Made by a program: the position numbers and the translations under genes. Below are positions 1 through 9,742 of a stretch of DNA of 64,000 nt, piece after piece. How positions within the stretch are numbered: the first letter of the stretch is position 1; every line of letters starts with the position of its first letter. The DNA is taken from assembly GCA_034668825.1 (NCBI GenBank), contig JAXDOR010000246.1, positions 477-64,476 of the forward strand, in the 5' to 3' direction. The notes below the pieces were generated by a model that did no database searches, was not told where the DNA came from, and worked only from the letters and a program-made list of their open reading frames with translations. Origin of the DNA: Alphaproteobacteria bacterium (GTDB lineage: Bacteria > Pseudomonadota > Alphaproteobacteria > Rhizobiales > Xanthobacteraceae).

Positions 1-3000
1 GGTGTAGCCAGTCGCGTAAGAATTCGAGAAGGCGACAATGCCATCCGAGAAGCGGCCGCCGGTCGTGATCGCGCCGGTATTGGTGACCGTGGTGGTCGCC
101 TTGGCATAACCGGCATAGGTCGCCAAGCCGCCGCCATATTGGCCGTTCGCTACCGCAGTCGAGCGCGCGACGAGGCCAGCCGCGTAATTACCGAAGGTGT
201 GGATGCTGGTCACGCCCGCATTCTTCACCGTGGTGCTCGCAAGCGCCGTGCCCCCGTTGTAAATGCCGCGGGCGTCGGCAAACGTCACGCCGTAAATGCC
301 CGGCATGCCATCGGCGTGGGTGGAAACCCGTCCCGAGTTGTCGATCGTCAGCGTGGCGGTCGCAGCGCCGCCAAGGCCGCGGACGCCGTTACCGATGGCG
401 TAAGCCTCCGAGACGCCGGAGATGCCGACATTCGTCGCACTGTCGATGGTGCCCTTGTTGGTGACGCTCAGGGTCGAGGTCGCGGTGCCCGCCTTGGCGG
501 AGCCGAGGATGTTGAAGGAGCCGTTGGCGCTAGCATTGGCAACTGTCGTGGCTTCGATACCTGCGTCGTAGGCGCGAAGCGTGCCGGAGTTGTAGACCGT
601 GCCCGTCGCGGTCGCCGTCCCGCCGATGGCGACATGGCCGGAGCCGATAGCGAGAGCGACGGCGAACACGTCGATGCCGTCGGGATCGCCGCCTTTATCT
701 TGCGTGATGATTTGGCCCTTGTTGGTGATGTTAATGGTCGAGGTTGCGGTGCCGCCGGTGCCCGAACCGGGCTGGAAGCCGATCAGGTTCACATTTCCGT
801 AGCCGTTGGCATTGGCAATCGCGCCGCCGGCGATGCCGGCATCGCTGCGGATGGCGCCGGAGTTGTAGATCGTCGTGGACGCCGTCGCCGTCCCGCCTTG
901 GCCGGTAAAGCCGACGCCGGCAGCATCGGCGCGCGCGATGCCGTAGATGCCGTTGCCATAGGGGCTGGTGATCGCACCCTTGTTGGTGATGGTGAGCGTC
1001 GCGGCGGCGGTGCCGCCGGTGCCTTTGCCATTCGCGTAGCCGTTCGAGCCGTAGCCACGTGCATATGCAGCGGCCCTGCCAATGATACCGCTCGCGAGAT
1101 AGCTGTGGATCTGCCCGGAGTTGTAGATCGTCGTCGTGGCGGTCGCCTTGCCGCCCTGACCGACGCGCCCGCTTCCGGTTGCGTTGGCGGACGAGTAGCC
1201 GAAGATACCGTTGCCCGCGCCGCCGCTGGCAACGTTGCCCTTGTTGGTGATCGAGGTGGTGCTGGTGGCGGTGCCGCCCGTTCCGGTGCCGGCTCCCTTC
1301 ACGCCGCCGGTGACGACGCCGAAGCCGCTGGCGAAGGCGTAACCTCTGCCGACGATTCCCGTGCCGCCAATACTGGTGATGGTGCCGGCACTGTCGATCG
1401 TCGTCGTCCCGGTCGCGGTGCCGCCGGTAGCCGCATAGCCCGTGGCATTGGCGTAACCGCGCGAGCGTCCGAAGATGCCCAAGGTCGCGGCGGTGATGGC
1501 GTTCCTGTTGGTGATGCTCACGGTGGCGGCCGCGGTGCCGCCCTTGCCGGAGCCAGTCGCGGCGAGGGAGCCCAACGCACCGGTGTTTGCGTAAGCGAAG
1601 CCGTCGATGCCGTCGTCGCCGGTAGCCGTCCCGGACTGGATGACGCCGGAATTATAGATTGTCGTGGCCGCGGTCGCCTTGCCGCCGAGCGCGGTAAAGC
1701 CTGACCCCAGGGCCCCGCTAGCCGCGTAGCCAACAATGCCGTCGCCCACCGGGCTGACGGCGGTGCCGATGGTGATGTTGCCCTTGTTGGTGATCACCAC
1801 GCCGGAGGTGGCGGTGCCGCCGGTGCCCGTGCCCTTCACAGCGAACGAGCCGTAACCCCGAGCCAATGTGCTGGCGAAGCCGTCGATGCCGTCGAAGTTG
1901 CTCTTGATGGCCCCGGAGTTGTAGATCGGCGCGGCCGCGGTGCCGGCATTGGCCGTGGCGGTGCCGCCGGTGGCCGCAAAGCCGGTAGCATCCGCAGAGG
2001 AAATCGAGTCAGCGCGCATGCCGCGGGCAGCGGTATTGGTCAGAGCGCCCTTGTTGGTGATGGTGACGCTGGACGTGGCGGTACCGCCAGTGGCGGTCCC
2101 CTTCGCCGCACCGGAACCCGCAGCATCTGCGCGGGAGATCGCGACACCGTAGATGTCGTTGCTGGCGGTACTGGTGATGGCACCAGAGTTATCGATGGCT
2201 ACCGTCGAGGTCGCAGTTCCGCCTTTGGCTGCGTAACCGGTGGCGTTGGCGTAGGACCTTGCAAAGCCGCGAATCCCGTTCGCGTCCCCGGGTGTCAGGG
2301 CGCCTTTATTGGTGATGGTGACGCCGGCGGTCGCCGTGCCGCCGGTGCCGCTGCCCTTCGCCGCGCCGGACCCCGCGCCGGACGCGTTCGCGAAGGAATA
2401 ACCATAGATCGACCGGGCATCGACGGTGCTGATGGCCCCGGAATTGTAAATGGTCGTCGTACCCGTCGCGGTACCACCTTTGCTCGTATAGCCGCTCGCC
2501 GTCGACAAGGCGATCACGTCTCCATAGATACCACGGAAGCCTACCCCCGTCGTGGTGATAGCGCCCTTGTTGGTAATTGAGACGCTGGCTACGGCTGAGC
2601 CTCCGTTCGCAATCCCACCTGCCAAGGCGGAGCCATAGGCGCTGGTGTTTGCGAACGAGAACCCGTCGATCCCCCTAGCACTACTCTTGATGGCTCCGGA
2701 GTTGTAAATACTGTTTTTCGCGGTGGCGGTTCCGCCGGTCGCGGCCGCGAGGAAATTCTGCGTGACCGCCAGCGCGGTCGATCCGGCATTGATGCCCTGC
2801 CCGTTCGACGTGATCGCGCCCTTATTGGAAATGACGACGGATGAGTAGGAGGTGCCTGCGTTAGCGCCGAGGGTGCTGGTGGTCGAGTAAGCCCGATCGT
2901 AGATACCAGCGGCCTTGCTGTTGATCGCCCCGGAATTGGTGACGGTCGTAATCGACTTGGCGCTCGACGTCGGCCCAAAGGCCAGCGTTGTTGCGCGTAT
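1..3000 (-). repeat. Tandem coding repeats of about 262 bp (87-88 codons) inside the repeat-protein gene, at least 10 units
   Basis: Marker GCCCTTGTT (complement of AAC AAG GGC, NKG) or close variants recur at 451, 715, 974, 1237, 1502, 1780, 2047, ~2300, 2563, ~2817. A second marker GGAGTTGTAGAT (complement of IYNS) recurs with the same period. Confidence 0.8.
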
Positions 3001-3804
3001 GTCGATGCCGCGCCCATTGGTGCTGGTCAAAGCCGCGGAATTGGTGACGGTCGAATAAGCATTCCCTGCGGTATTCAGACCCGCGACTGCGGTCGTTAGA
3101 TCACGGATCGATGTTTGCGCACTCGTGATCGTTGCATCATTGGCAACGGTGGCGGTGGCGGTATTGGTGCCAGCGCCGCCGGAGACCTGGGCCTGCGCGT
3201 AGATGCCGTAGCGGCCGGGAGCGGTGGTGGTGATTGAGCCGCCGGTGGTGGTGACGCTCACCGTCTCCTTACCGCCCGCGGCGGTTCTCGCTACCGCATA
3301 AAGGCCATCGCGCCCGACCTTGATCGTCGACGCCGAGGTGATCACCAGGGTGCTGTTGGCGAAGGCCGAATATTCGTGGATGCCGTCGCCGGTGACCGGC
3401 GCCACAATGCCGATCGTGGTGGCCGCGTCGCTGTTCACCGTGCTGGTGAGCGCGGGCGCGATGTTGATCAGGTCGATGCCGTTACCGGCCGGGTTGCTGA
3501 TGATCGCCGCAGTGGCGTTGATGATCGTGACCGGCGGGTTGGTGTAGTGGATGCCGGCGGGGAAAGGACCGGTGCAGTCTTCCGTGGTTCCGGTGAGCAC
3601 GCAGGCCGCATTAGCCGGCTGCGGCACGATCATGCCAGCCAGGATGCCCGCTCCAAGCGCGGTGCCTGCCAACAATGAGGCGCGCATAAGGCCAGGTCGG
3701 TTGAGAGCTGCAGGCGGATTGTGCATGGCAGCTACCGTTTCGAGCAATCCCGACTGCTCAATACCAACAACTTGGCTCTTCTGCTTCTGCGTGCGCTTGG
3801 ACAT
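1..3804 (-). CDS. Large exported repeat protein, 5' part only (autotransporter/adhesin-like beta-helical passenger); continues beyond the left edge of the window
   Basis: The minus-strand frame whose first codon bases fall on coordinates divisible by 3 has no listed ORF between 1 and 3804, consistent with one ORF open to the window edge; my hand translation found no stop. ATG at 3804; second in-frame ATG at 3687 followed by signal-peptide-like MRASLLAGTALGAGILAGMIVPQPANAA. The rest is Gly/Thr/Ala/Asn-rich units with alternating TIYNSGAI and ITNKGAIT motifs. Confidence 0.8.
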   Translation of the reverse strand, partial: MSKRTQKQKSQVVGIEQSGLLETVAAMHNPPAALNRPGLMRASLLAGTALGAGILAGMIVPQPANAACVLTGTTEDCTGPFPAGIHYTNPPVTIINATAAIISNPAGNGIDLINIAPALTSTVNSDAATTIGIVAPVTGDGIHEYSAFANSTLVITSASTIKVGRDGLYAVARTAAGGKETVSVTTTGGSITTTAPGRYGIYAQAQVSGGAGTNTATATVANDATITSAQTSIRDLTTAVAGLNTAGNAYSTVTNSAALTSTNGRGIDIRATTLAFGPTSSAKSITTVTNSGAINSKAAGIYDRAYSTTSTLGANAGTSYSSVVISNKGAITSNGQGINAGSTALAVTQNFLAAATGGTATAKNSIYNSGAIKSSARGIDGFSFANTSAYGSALAGGIANGGSAVASVSITNKGAITTTGVGFRGIYGDVIALSTASGYTSKGGTATGTTTIYNSGAISTVDARSIYGYSFANASGAGSGAAKGSGTGGTATAGVTITNKGALTPGDANGIRGFARSYANATGYAAKGGTATSTVAIDNSGAITSTASNDIYGVAISRADAAGSGAAKGTATGGTATSSVTITNKGALTNTAARGMRADSISSADATGFAATGGTATANAGTAAAPIYNSGAIKSNFDGIDGFASTLARGYGSFAVKGTGTGGTATSGVVITNKGNITIGTAVSPVGDGIVGYAASGALGSGFTALGGKATAATTIYNSGVIQSGTATGDDGIDGFAYANTGALGSLAATGSGKGGTAAATVSITNRNAITAATLGIFGRSRGYANATGYAATGGTATGTTTIDSAGTITSIGGTGIVGRGYAFASGFGVVTGGVKGAGTGTGGTATSTTSITNKGNVASGGAGNGIFGYSSANATGSGRVGQGGKATATTTIYNSGQIHSYLASGIIGRAAAYARGYGSNGYANGKGTGGTAAATLTITNKGAITSPYGNGIYGIARADAAGVGFTGQGGTATASTTIYNSGAIRSDAGIAGGAIANANGYGNVNLIGFQPGSGTGGTATSTINITNKGQIITQDKGGDPDGIDVFAVALAIGSGHVAIGGTATATGTVYNSGTLRAYDAGIEATTVANASANGSFNILGSAKAGTATSTLSVTNKGTIDSATNVGISGVSEAYAIGNGVRGLGGAATATLTIDNSGRVSTHADGMPGIYGVTFADARGIYNGGTALASTTVKNAGVTSIHTFGNYAAGLVARSTAVANGQYGGGLATYAGYAKATTTVTNTGAITTGGRFSDGIVAFSNSYATGYT

Positions 3805-4393
3805 GACAACCCCTGTTTTGCCCGCTGATGCGGGTCCTTACATTGATCCGTCCCTCTCGGTAGCTGGATCAACCGCGAAGAGTCAATAACTCGTGAGGCC
3901 CCTGGGGACTCAGGTAACCACTCCCCGAGCCGTCGTTATCCATTTGATATATTTGGATATTCTTGCATTAACTCTTTGTTATCTTTTGCACAGCGGCATC
4001 CGGCGGCTACTACATTTGCGCCGACCGTGGCCAAACCGCCACACCCTGGAATACCTACCGAAATTGGGGCGGCGCGAAGCCCGATCGGACGAATTCAACG
4101 GGAGCGAGGAAGGACGTTGCCAGAAATGGCTTCTTGCTCCTACTTGGCCCCGCGTCTGAATATGGCCAAGCGGCGGCAGGAATTAGGAAATTTTTGCCAC
4201 AGATAAGGCTCAGCGCGCGCGAAATGCGGCGATAGGGGCGCCGGAAAATGGAGCCGGATTCAAGGAGCTGGTGCACTGAGCAAACGTCTGGATCGACGCG
4301 AAAGCGGAACGCGTCCGCAATGCCTATAAGCAGCCGCGTCAGGTTTAAGCAGCCGTGAAAATATTGCTGACGATGCCCGCCAAGGCTCGCGCG

Positions 4394-5083
4394 TTACTTG
4401 CCGCGTGTCGACGAAATCGCCTTGTCGATGCCTTTGATCGGCACTTCGAACGGAGTTCCCTGCCCGCTCACGGTGTACACGGTTACCGTCGCGGTAGTGT
4501 TGGTCCCGACATCTTTGATGAAGGCGTCATCAACCGGAGCTTCGGCTGCGCATTGCTGCGGATTGCAAGAAACAAAGTTCAACTTGCGCGCGGTGCCGTT
4601 GCCAAATTTTAATTCGACTCCGTTCTGAACCAGAATCCCTCCGCCGGTAGTCTGATTATCCTTACGGACAGCCAATCCCGTCGGCACGCGAATGACGGTG
4701 ACGTAACGCCCTTGTTCGTTGGTTCCGATCTGCCATCCAATCAGTACCTGACGCCGGTCCTCGGTCATGACGCGAAGCAGGGCCATGCAGGTTTTCTTGG
4801 CTGCGCCGGCTGCCGGGCGCGCGCCATCCTGGCATGTCACCGACCAGGAATCGTACACCGTCGTCTCGATATGCTGAGGCGCCGCAGGCGTTGTCGCTGC
4901 TGCGGGCGGCGTCGCCGCCGCGGGAGGCGTTTGCGCTTGGCTTTGCCGGACCAGCGGCGCGGCGCCGTCTCTGACATAGGCGGGATGCGCATTCCGGCCG
5001 GCCGATTCCGGCGCGAAGACCGCTGCACTCGCGCTTCCGGTGAGCAACACGCCGATCGTCGAAACAGCAAGCCAATGATGCAT
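4394..5083 (-). CDS. Invasion-associated locus B (IalB) family periplasmic protein
   Basis: 229-aa ORF with an N-terminal signal peptide, a Pro/Ala/Thr-rich linker, and a C-terminal region with motifs typical of IalB-like proteins (WSVTC..., NFVSCNPQQC). Confidence 0.75.
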   Translation of the reverse strand: MHHWLAVSTIGVLLTGSASAAVFAPESAGRNAHPAYVRDGAAPLVRQSQAQTPPAAATPPAAATTPAAPQHIETTVYDSWSVTCQDGARPAAGAAKKTCMALLRVMTEDRRQVLIGWQIGTNEQGRYVTVIRVPTGLAVRKDNQTTGGGILVQNGVELKFGNGTARKLNFVSCNPQQCAAEAPVDDAFIKDVGTNTTATVTVYTVSGQGTPFEVPIKGIDKAISSTRGK

Positions 5084-5232
5084 TTTAACCTGTTTTCATT
5101 TTGAGCGCGATGGACTGCGCGAGCGCGCTTTCATTACCTTGCCGGTCCTTTGTATGCAAGCACGCCCGGAAAACCGGCATTAATCACACCTGCGGCGCAA
5201 CCAGAATAACGGCGTAAAGATCTTGTTGGTCG

Positions 5233-6357
5233 TCAGGTTCCCGTCTGCGAAGCATTCGCCGTCTTGATGGCCTGCACGCGGCTGCCGTCCGTCACCTCGT
5301 CGGGGACGTTGATGGCGACCCTCTCTCCCGCCTTCAATCCGTCGGCGAGGCTCACGGTGCTGCCGTCGGTCGACGCGACTTTCACCGGGCGGAAGCGCAC
5401 CACGTCATTGTCGAGGACGGCCACGACACTGTCGTTGCCGCGGGTGAGAAGCGCGGTCACGGGAATCTGCGGATAGCTCTGCACCGGCACTTTCAGCGAC
5501 ACATAGGCGAAACTTCCGGCGACGAAAAATCCGTCCTGGTTGTCGATATGGATTTCGATCAGCATCGTGCGGGTCTTCGGGTCGAGTTCGCCGGTCATGC
5601 GCGTAATGCTTGCCGTTCGCTTGCGATCCGGGTTGCTGGCATCCGAAACCTCGGCGACGTCGCCAACATGGACGAAGGGAACGTCCGCCTGCTGCAAGTA
5701 AGTATAGACGCGCACTTTGCTGTCGTCGGATATCGTGACCATGGGCATCGCGCTGACGAAATTGGTCTGCGCGTTGGTGACGAGCGCGCCTGGATCGGCG
5801 AAGCGCGCCGTCACCCGCCCCGAGAACGGGGCGCGCACCGTCTGGTAGGACTTGGTGGTCGCCAACGCGCCGACGGTATTCTCGGATACCGTCGCGTCGG
5901 TCTCCGCCTGCAGCAGCGCCACTTGCGTGGTATTGCCCTTGGAATACAGTTCCTTAAGCCGCGCGAAGTTACGCCGTTTATTGGCGAGGTCGGCGGAAGC
6001 GCCGGCATATTGCTGATCGAGCTCGGGCGACTCGATTTCGGCGACGATCTGGCCGGACTCGACCATGTCGCCTTTATCGACCGACATGGACTTCAGGTAA
6101 CCGGCTACTTTGGCATAGAGCGTGACGCTGGTGCCGGAGCGCACATCTCCTAGGAGTTTGATGGTGCGAATTCGCGGCCCGTCGGTGGTCGTCACCACTT
6201 CGAGGCGAGGGCCGCGGTCGGCGACGAGCGCTTTTGCTTCGCGGATCGCCGAGATTTCCTGGCTGCGGGCGAGGTGATAATAAACCACCACCAGCCCGGC
6301 GACCAGGATCGCTCCCATACCAAATAGAGAGAGCTTCGACGAGCGCAGGCTAACCAT
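5233..6357 (-). CDS. Efflux RND transporter periplasmic adaptor (membrane fusion protein, HlyD family)
   Basis: The ORF-track ORF 5233..6495 is trimmed to ATG 6357 (MVSLRSSKLSLFGMGAILVAGLVVV, a TM anchor). That start overlaps the stop of the upstream RND gene by 8 nt (ATGGTTAG). It has the coiled-coil and beta-barrel motifs typical of adaptor subunits. Confidence 0.85.
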   Translation of the reverse strand: MVSLRSSKLSLFGMGAILVAGLVVVYYHLARSQEISAIREAKALVADRGPRLEVVTTTDGPRIRTIKLLGDVRSGTSVTLYAKVAGYLKSMSVDKGDMVESGQIVAEIESPELDQQYAGASADLANKRRNFARLKELYSKGNTTQVALLQAETDATVSENTVGALATTKSYQTVRAPFSGRVTARFADPGALVTNAQTNFVSAMPMVTISDDSKVRVYTYLQQADVPFVHVGDVAEVSDASNPDRKRTASITRMTGELDPKTRTMLIEIHIDNQDGFFVAGSFAYVSLKVPVQSYPQIPVTALLTRGNDSVVAVLDNDVVRFRPVKVASTDGSTVSLADGLKAGERVAINVPDEVTDGSRVQAIKTANASQTGT

Positions 6358-9300
6358 GGGCGAAATCTCCGGTCGATGCGCCGGCTGCTTCCGCCGCAAA
6401 TCGTTGATCGAGCGTATGCAGTGCCGGCTGCTTTTGCCGTAACAGAACATAAAAGATCGGCACCAGGAACAAGGTCGCGAAGGTTGCAACCGCAAGGCCG
6501 CCGATGACAGCGCGGCCGAGCGGGGCGTTCTGCTCGCCGGCTTCGCCGAGACCGAGCGCCATCGGCACCATGCCGATGATCATCGCCAGTGCAGTCATCA
6601 GGATCGGGCGCAGGCGTGTCTTGCCGGCCTCGATCACCGCTTGCAGCGGCGTGAGATCGATGTCGCGGCCACGCAGATCGTTGGCGAAGCTCACCACCAG
6701 GATCGAGTTCGAAACCGAAATGCCGACGGTCATGATCGCCCCCATCAGCGACACCACATTGATCGTCGTTCCGGTGATGGCCAGCGTCCAGACGATGCCG
6801 ATGAGCGCGCCGGGCACCGCCATCATGATGATGAATGGGTCGACCCACGATTGGAACAGAATGACCAGTACGGCATAGACCAGGATCACCGCCAGGATCA
6901 GGCCGAAGCCGAGCATCCGGAAGGAATTCTCCATCACCTCATTCTGCCCGCGCAGATAGATTTTTGAAGTCGACGGCAGGTCCTTTTGCACTTCGGCTAT
7001 TGCCGCCTTGATTTCGGCAGCCGTCGACCCGAGATCGCGGCCTTCGACATTGGCGGCGACGTCGATGACGCGCTGGATGGTATAGTGATTGATTGAATTC
7101 ATGGTTGAGCCCGGGCGCACGCTGGCGATGTCGCCCAGACGCGTGACCTGCACGCTCGGCACCGTCGTCGGCGTAACGACCGCGGACGGAGGCGAGATAT
7201 TGTTGATCGGGGGATTAGTCGGGAAGTTGAGGATATCGCCGACGTTCTGTAGCTTGTCCAGCGGCGTGTTCACCGCGACCTGATAATTCACGCCGTTTTG
7301 CGGATTGAGAAAATAAGTCGGGCTGACCAGCGAACTTCCGGCCAGAGACGTCAGCATGTTGTTGGCGACGTCGCGCTGCGCCACGCCGAGCTTGGCGGCG
7401 CGCTGGCGGTCGACCTCGATCTGCAACGTCGGGAAGTCGAGCACCTGGGTGACATGGGCGTCCACCACGCCGGGAATGCGTTTGAGCATTTGCAACAGCT
7501 TCTGCCCGGCGGCATAGGAGCGATTGAAATTCTGGTCCTGGATTTGGATGTCGATCGGCGCCGATAGGCCAAAATTCAGCACCTGGCTGACGATATCCGC
7601 AGTTTGGAAGTAAAAGATGCTGCCGGGAAAGTCCTGCTCCAGCCGCTCGCGAATGAGCTTGCGATATTCTTCCGACGGCCGGTGCGGCTTGTTCAGCGAA
7701 ATCAGCATCTCGCCATCGGCGCCGCTGACATTGTCGCTCGGCACGAAGGCGAGGTTGAGCGCGCCGGGAACACCAATGGTGTCGTTGATCGTCCGCAACT
7801 CCTTCGGCGGAATGATGTCGCGGATGCGCTGCTCGACCACAGCCATGATCTGCTCGGTGCCTTCGAGACGGTTGCCCTTGGGCGCGCGGACGTGAAGCTT
7901 GATGATGCCGACATCGGCGGCGGGGAAAAAGTCGGTGCCGACCACCGGGAACAGCGCGGCGGTCACCAGAATGAGCACGCCGACCAAACCCATGACGAAT
8001 CTTTTGCGCAGCAGCACCTGCTCCAGCGCCCGTCCGTAGGCGGCGCGAAAGCGGTCGAAGTTGCGATCGAAAGCATCGGCTATCCGCCTTCCCCAGCCCT
8101 TGGGCCGGGTGTCGTTTTGATGCGCATGCTCGTGCCGGATCAGCTGGCGCGCGAAGGCGGGCACTACCGTGAATGACAAAACGTAAGACGCCAGCATCGC
8201 CAGCACGACCGTGATGGCGAGCGGGATGAAAAGGAAACGCGCCGGCCCAAACAGAAACACCACGGGAAAGAAGACGATGCAGATGCACAGCGTCGCCACC
8301 GTCAGCGGCTGGATGACTTCCGCCGAACCGTCGAGGATGGCGACCGTGATCGGTTTGCCCAGCATCTGGTTGCGGTGAATGTTCTCCATCACGACGGTCG
8401 CGTTGTCGACCAGCATGCCGATGGCGAGCGCGAGACCGCCCAGGGTCATCAGGTTGATGGTCTGGCCGGCGAGGAAAAGGCCGGTGATCCCGGCGAAGAT
8501 CGAAAGCGGAATCGATACCGCGACCACCACGGTGTTCCGCCAACTGCCGAGGAATACCAGGATCATCAACGACACGAGAATGGACGATAGGATCGCTTCC
8601 TTGACGACGTTCTCCACCGCGGCGCGCACGAATACCGATTGATCGAAATCCATCTTCAGTTCGATGCCGTCCGGCGCCGTGGCCTGGATATCCGGCAGCA
8701 TCGCTTTAACCGCATCGACGACAGCGATGGTAGACGCCGTGCTGTTCTTCAGGATCGGCACGAAGCTCGCGCGCTGCCCGTTGATGCGCACGATGTTGGT
8801 CTGCTGCGCGAAGCTGTCGCTGACGGTGGCGACATCGCCGAGCAGCACCGGAATCCCTTCGCGGATGCCGACCGGGAGGAAGTTGAATTGCTCAACCAGC
8901 TTCGGGCTGGAATTGAGCTGGATGTTGTATTCCTTGGGTCCAATGCGCGCGATGCCCGCCGGCACGATCACGTTCGTGGTGCCGAGCGAGTTGACGATGT
9001 CCATCTGCGACAGGCCCTTGGAACTGGCCTTGGCGGGGTCCACTTCGACGATGATCTGGCGCTGCTTGCCGCCAAAAGCGCCGGGTATCGACAATCCGGG
9101 AATCGTAAACAGGCGCAGCCGCAGGAACTGGTTGGCGTAATCGGAAAGGTTTTGCTCCGGCAGCGTCTTGGTATTCAGCGTAACCTGCACCACCGGCACG
9201 TTCGACGCATTGAACTGGATGATGTTCGGCGGCTGCATGCCCGGAGGCGCGATACGCAGCACCGCGTTGCTCTGCGCCGAGATCTGCGCGATGGCGCCGC

Positions 9301-9610
9301 CGATGTCGCTACCGGGCTGAAAATAGATCTTGAGGATGCCTTGGCCGGGGATCGAGAGCGATTCGATGTGCTCGATGCCGTTGACGGTGGTCGAATAGGC
9401 GCGCTCGCTGACCAGCACGACGCGCCGCTCCATGTCCTCGGCGCTGAGGCCGTTGAAGCTCCAGGCGACGTAAACCACCGGAATATCGATGGTTGGAAAA
9501 ATGTCGACGACCATGCGGCTGATGGAGATGAACCCCATCAGCATGATGAGCATGGCGGCGATGGCCATCGTGTATGGCCGCCGCAGCGCAATGCGCACGA
9601 GGTTGATCAT
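6350..9610 (-). CDS. RND efflux permease (AcrB/AcrD/AcrF family), 1086 aa
   Basis: Full-length 12-TM RND architecture. N-terminus MINLVRIALRRPYTMAIAAMLIMLMG, two large periplasmic loops, and conserved TM4 and TM10 regions. Confidence 0.95.
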   Translation of the reverse strand: MINLVRIALRRPYTMAIAAMLIMLMGFISISRMVVDIFPTIDIPVVYVAWSFNGLSAEDMERRVVLVSERAYSTTVNGIEHIESLSIPGQGILKIYFQPGSDIGGAIAQISAQSNAVLRIAPPGMQPPNIIQFNASNVPVVQVTLNTKTLPEQNLSDYANQFLRLRLFTIPGLSIPGAFGGKQRQIIVEVDPAKASSKGLSQMDIVNSLGTTNVIVPAGIARIGPKEYNIQLNSSPKLVEQFNFLPVGIREGIPVLLGDVATVSDSFAQQTNIVRINGQRASFVPILKNSTASTIAVVDAVKAMLPDIQATAPDGIELKMDFDQSVFVRAAVENVVKEAILSSILVSLMILVFLGSWRNTVVVAVSIPLSIFAGITGLFLAGQTINLMTLGGLALAIGMLVDNATVVMENIHRNQMLGKPITVAILDGSAEVIQPLTVATLCICIVFFPVVFLFGPARFLFIPLAITVVLAMLASYVLSFTVVPAFARQLIRHEHAHQNDTRPKGWGRRIADAFDRNFDRFRAAYGRALEQVLLRKRFVMGLVGVLILVTAALFPVVGTDFFPAADVGIIKLHVRAPKGNRLEGTEQIMAVVEQRIRDIIPPKELRTINDTIGVPGALNLAFVPSDNVSGADGEMLISLNKPHRPSEEYRKLIRERLEQDFPGSIFYFQTADIVSQVLNFGLSAPIDIQIQDQNFNRSYAAGQKLLQMLKRIPGVVDAHVTQVLDFPTLQIEVDRQRAAKLGVAQRDVANNMLTSLAGSSLVSPTYFLNPQNGVNYQVAVNTPLDKLQNVGDILNFPTNPPINNISPPSAVVTPTTVPSVQVTRLGDIASVRPGSTMNSINHYTIQRVIDVAANVEGRDLGSTAAEIKAAIAEVQKDLPSTSKIYLRGQNEVMENSFRMLGFGLILAVILVYAVLVILFQSWVDPFIIMMAVPGALIGIVWTLAITGTTINVVSLMGAIMTVGISVSNSILVVSFANDLRGRDIDLTPLQAVIEAGKTRLRPILMTALAMIIGMVPMALGLGEAGEQNAPLGRAVIGGLAVATFATLFLVPIFYVLLRQKQPALHTLDQRFAAEAAGASTGDFAHG

Positions 9611-9742
9611 GGCCGTTCTGTAGCCTTCCCCGCTCAGCCCAGGCTGGGGTTACTTACCTCAACCCCTAACCTGCCAGCAATAATCCGGGCTGCCGCCGGA
9701 TTTGGGTGAGGATAGCAGGTTTTAGGCGCCGGAAGTTCTCTT

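Noticed and set aside
139-1704. 521-aa plus-strand ORF, the longest ORF listed in the first 4 kb
   Set aside because: It has an Arg/Ala/Gly/Asp-rich composition with no motifs. It lies antisense to, and entirely within, the minus-strand repeat-protein frame, which has a signal peptide and coherent repeat units. This is a typical high-GC shadow ORF.
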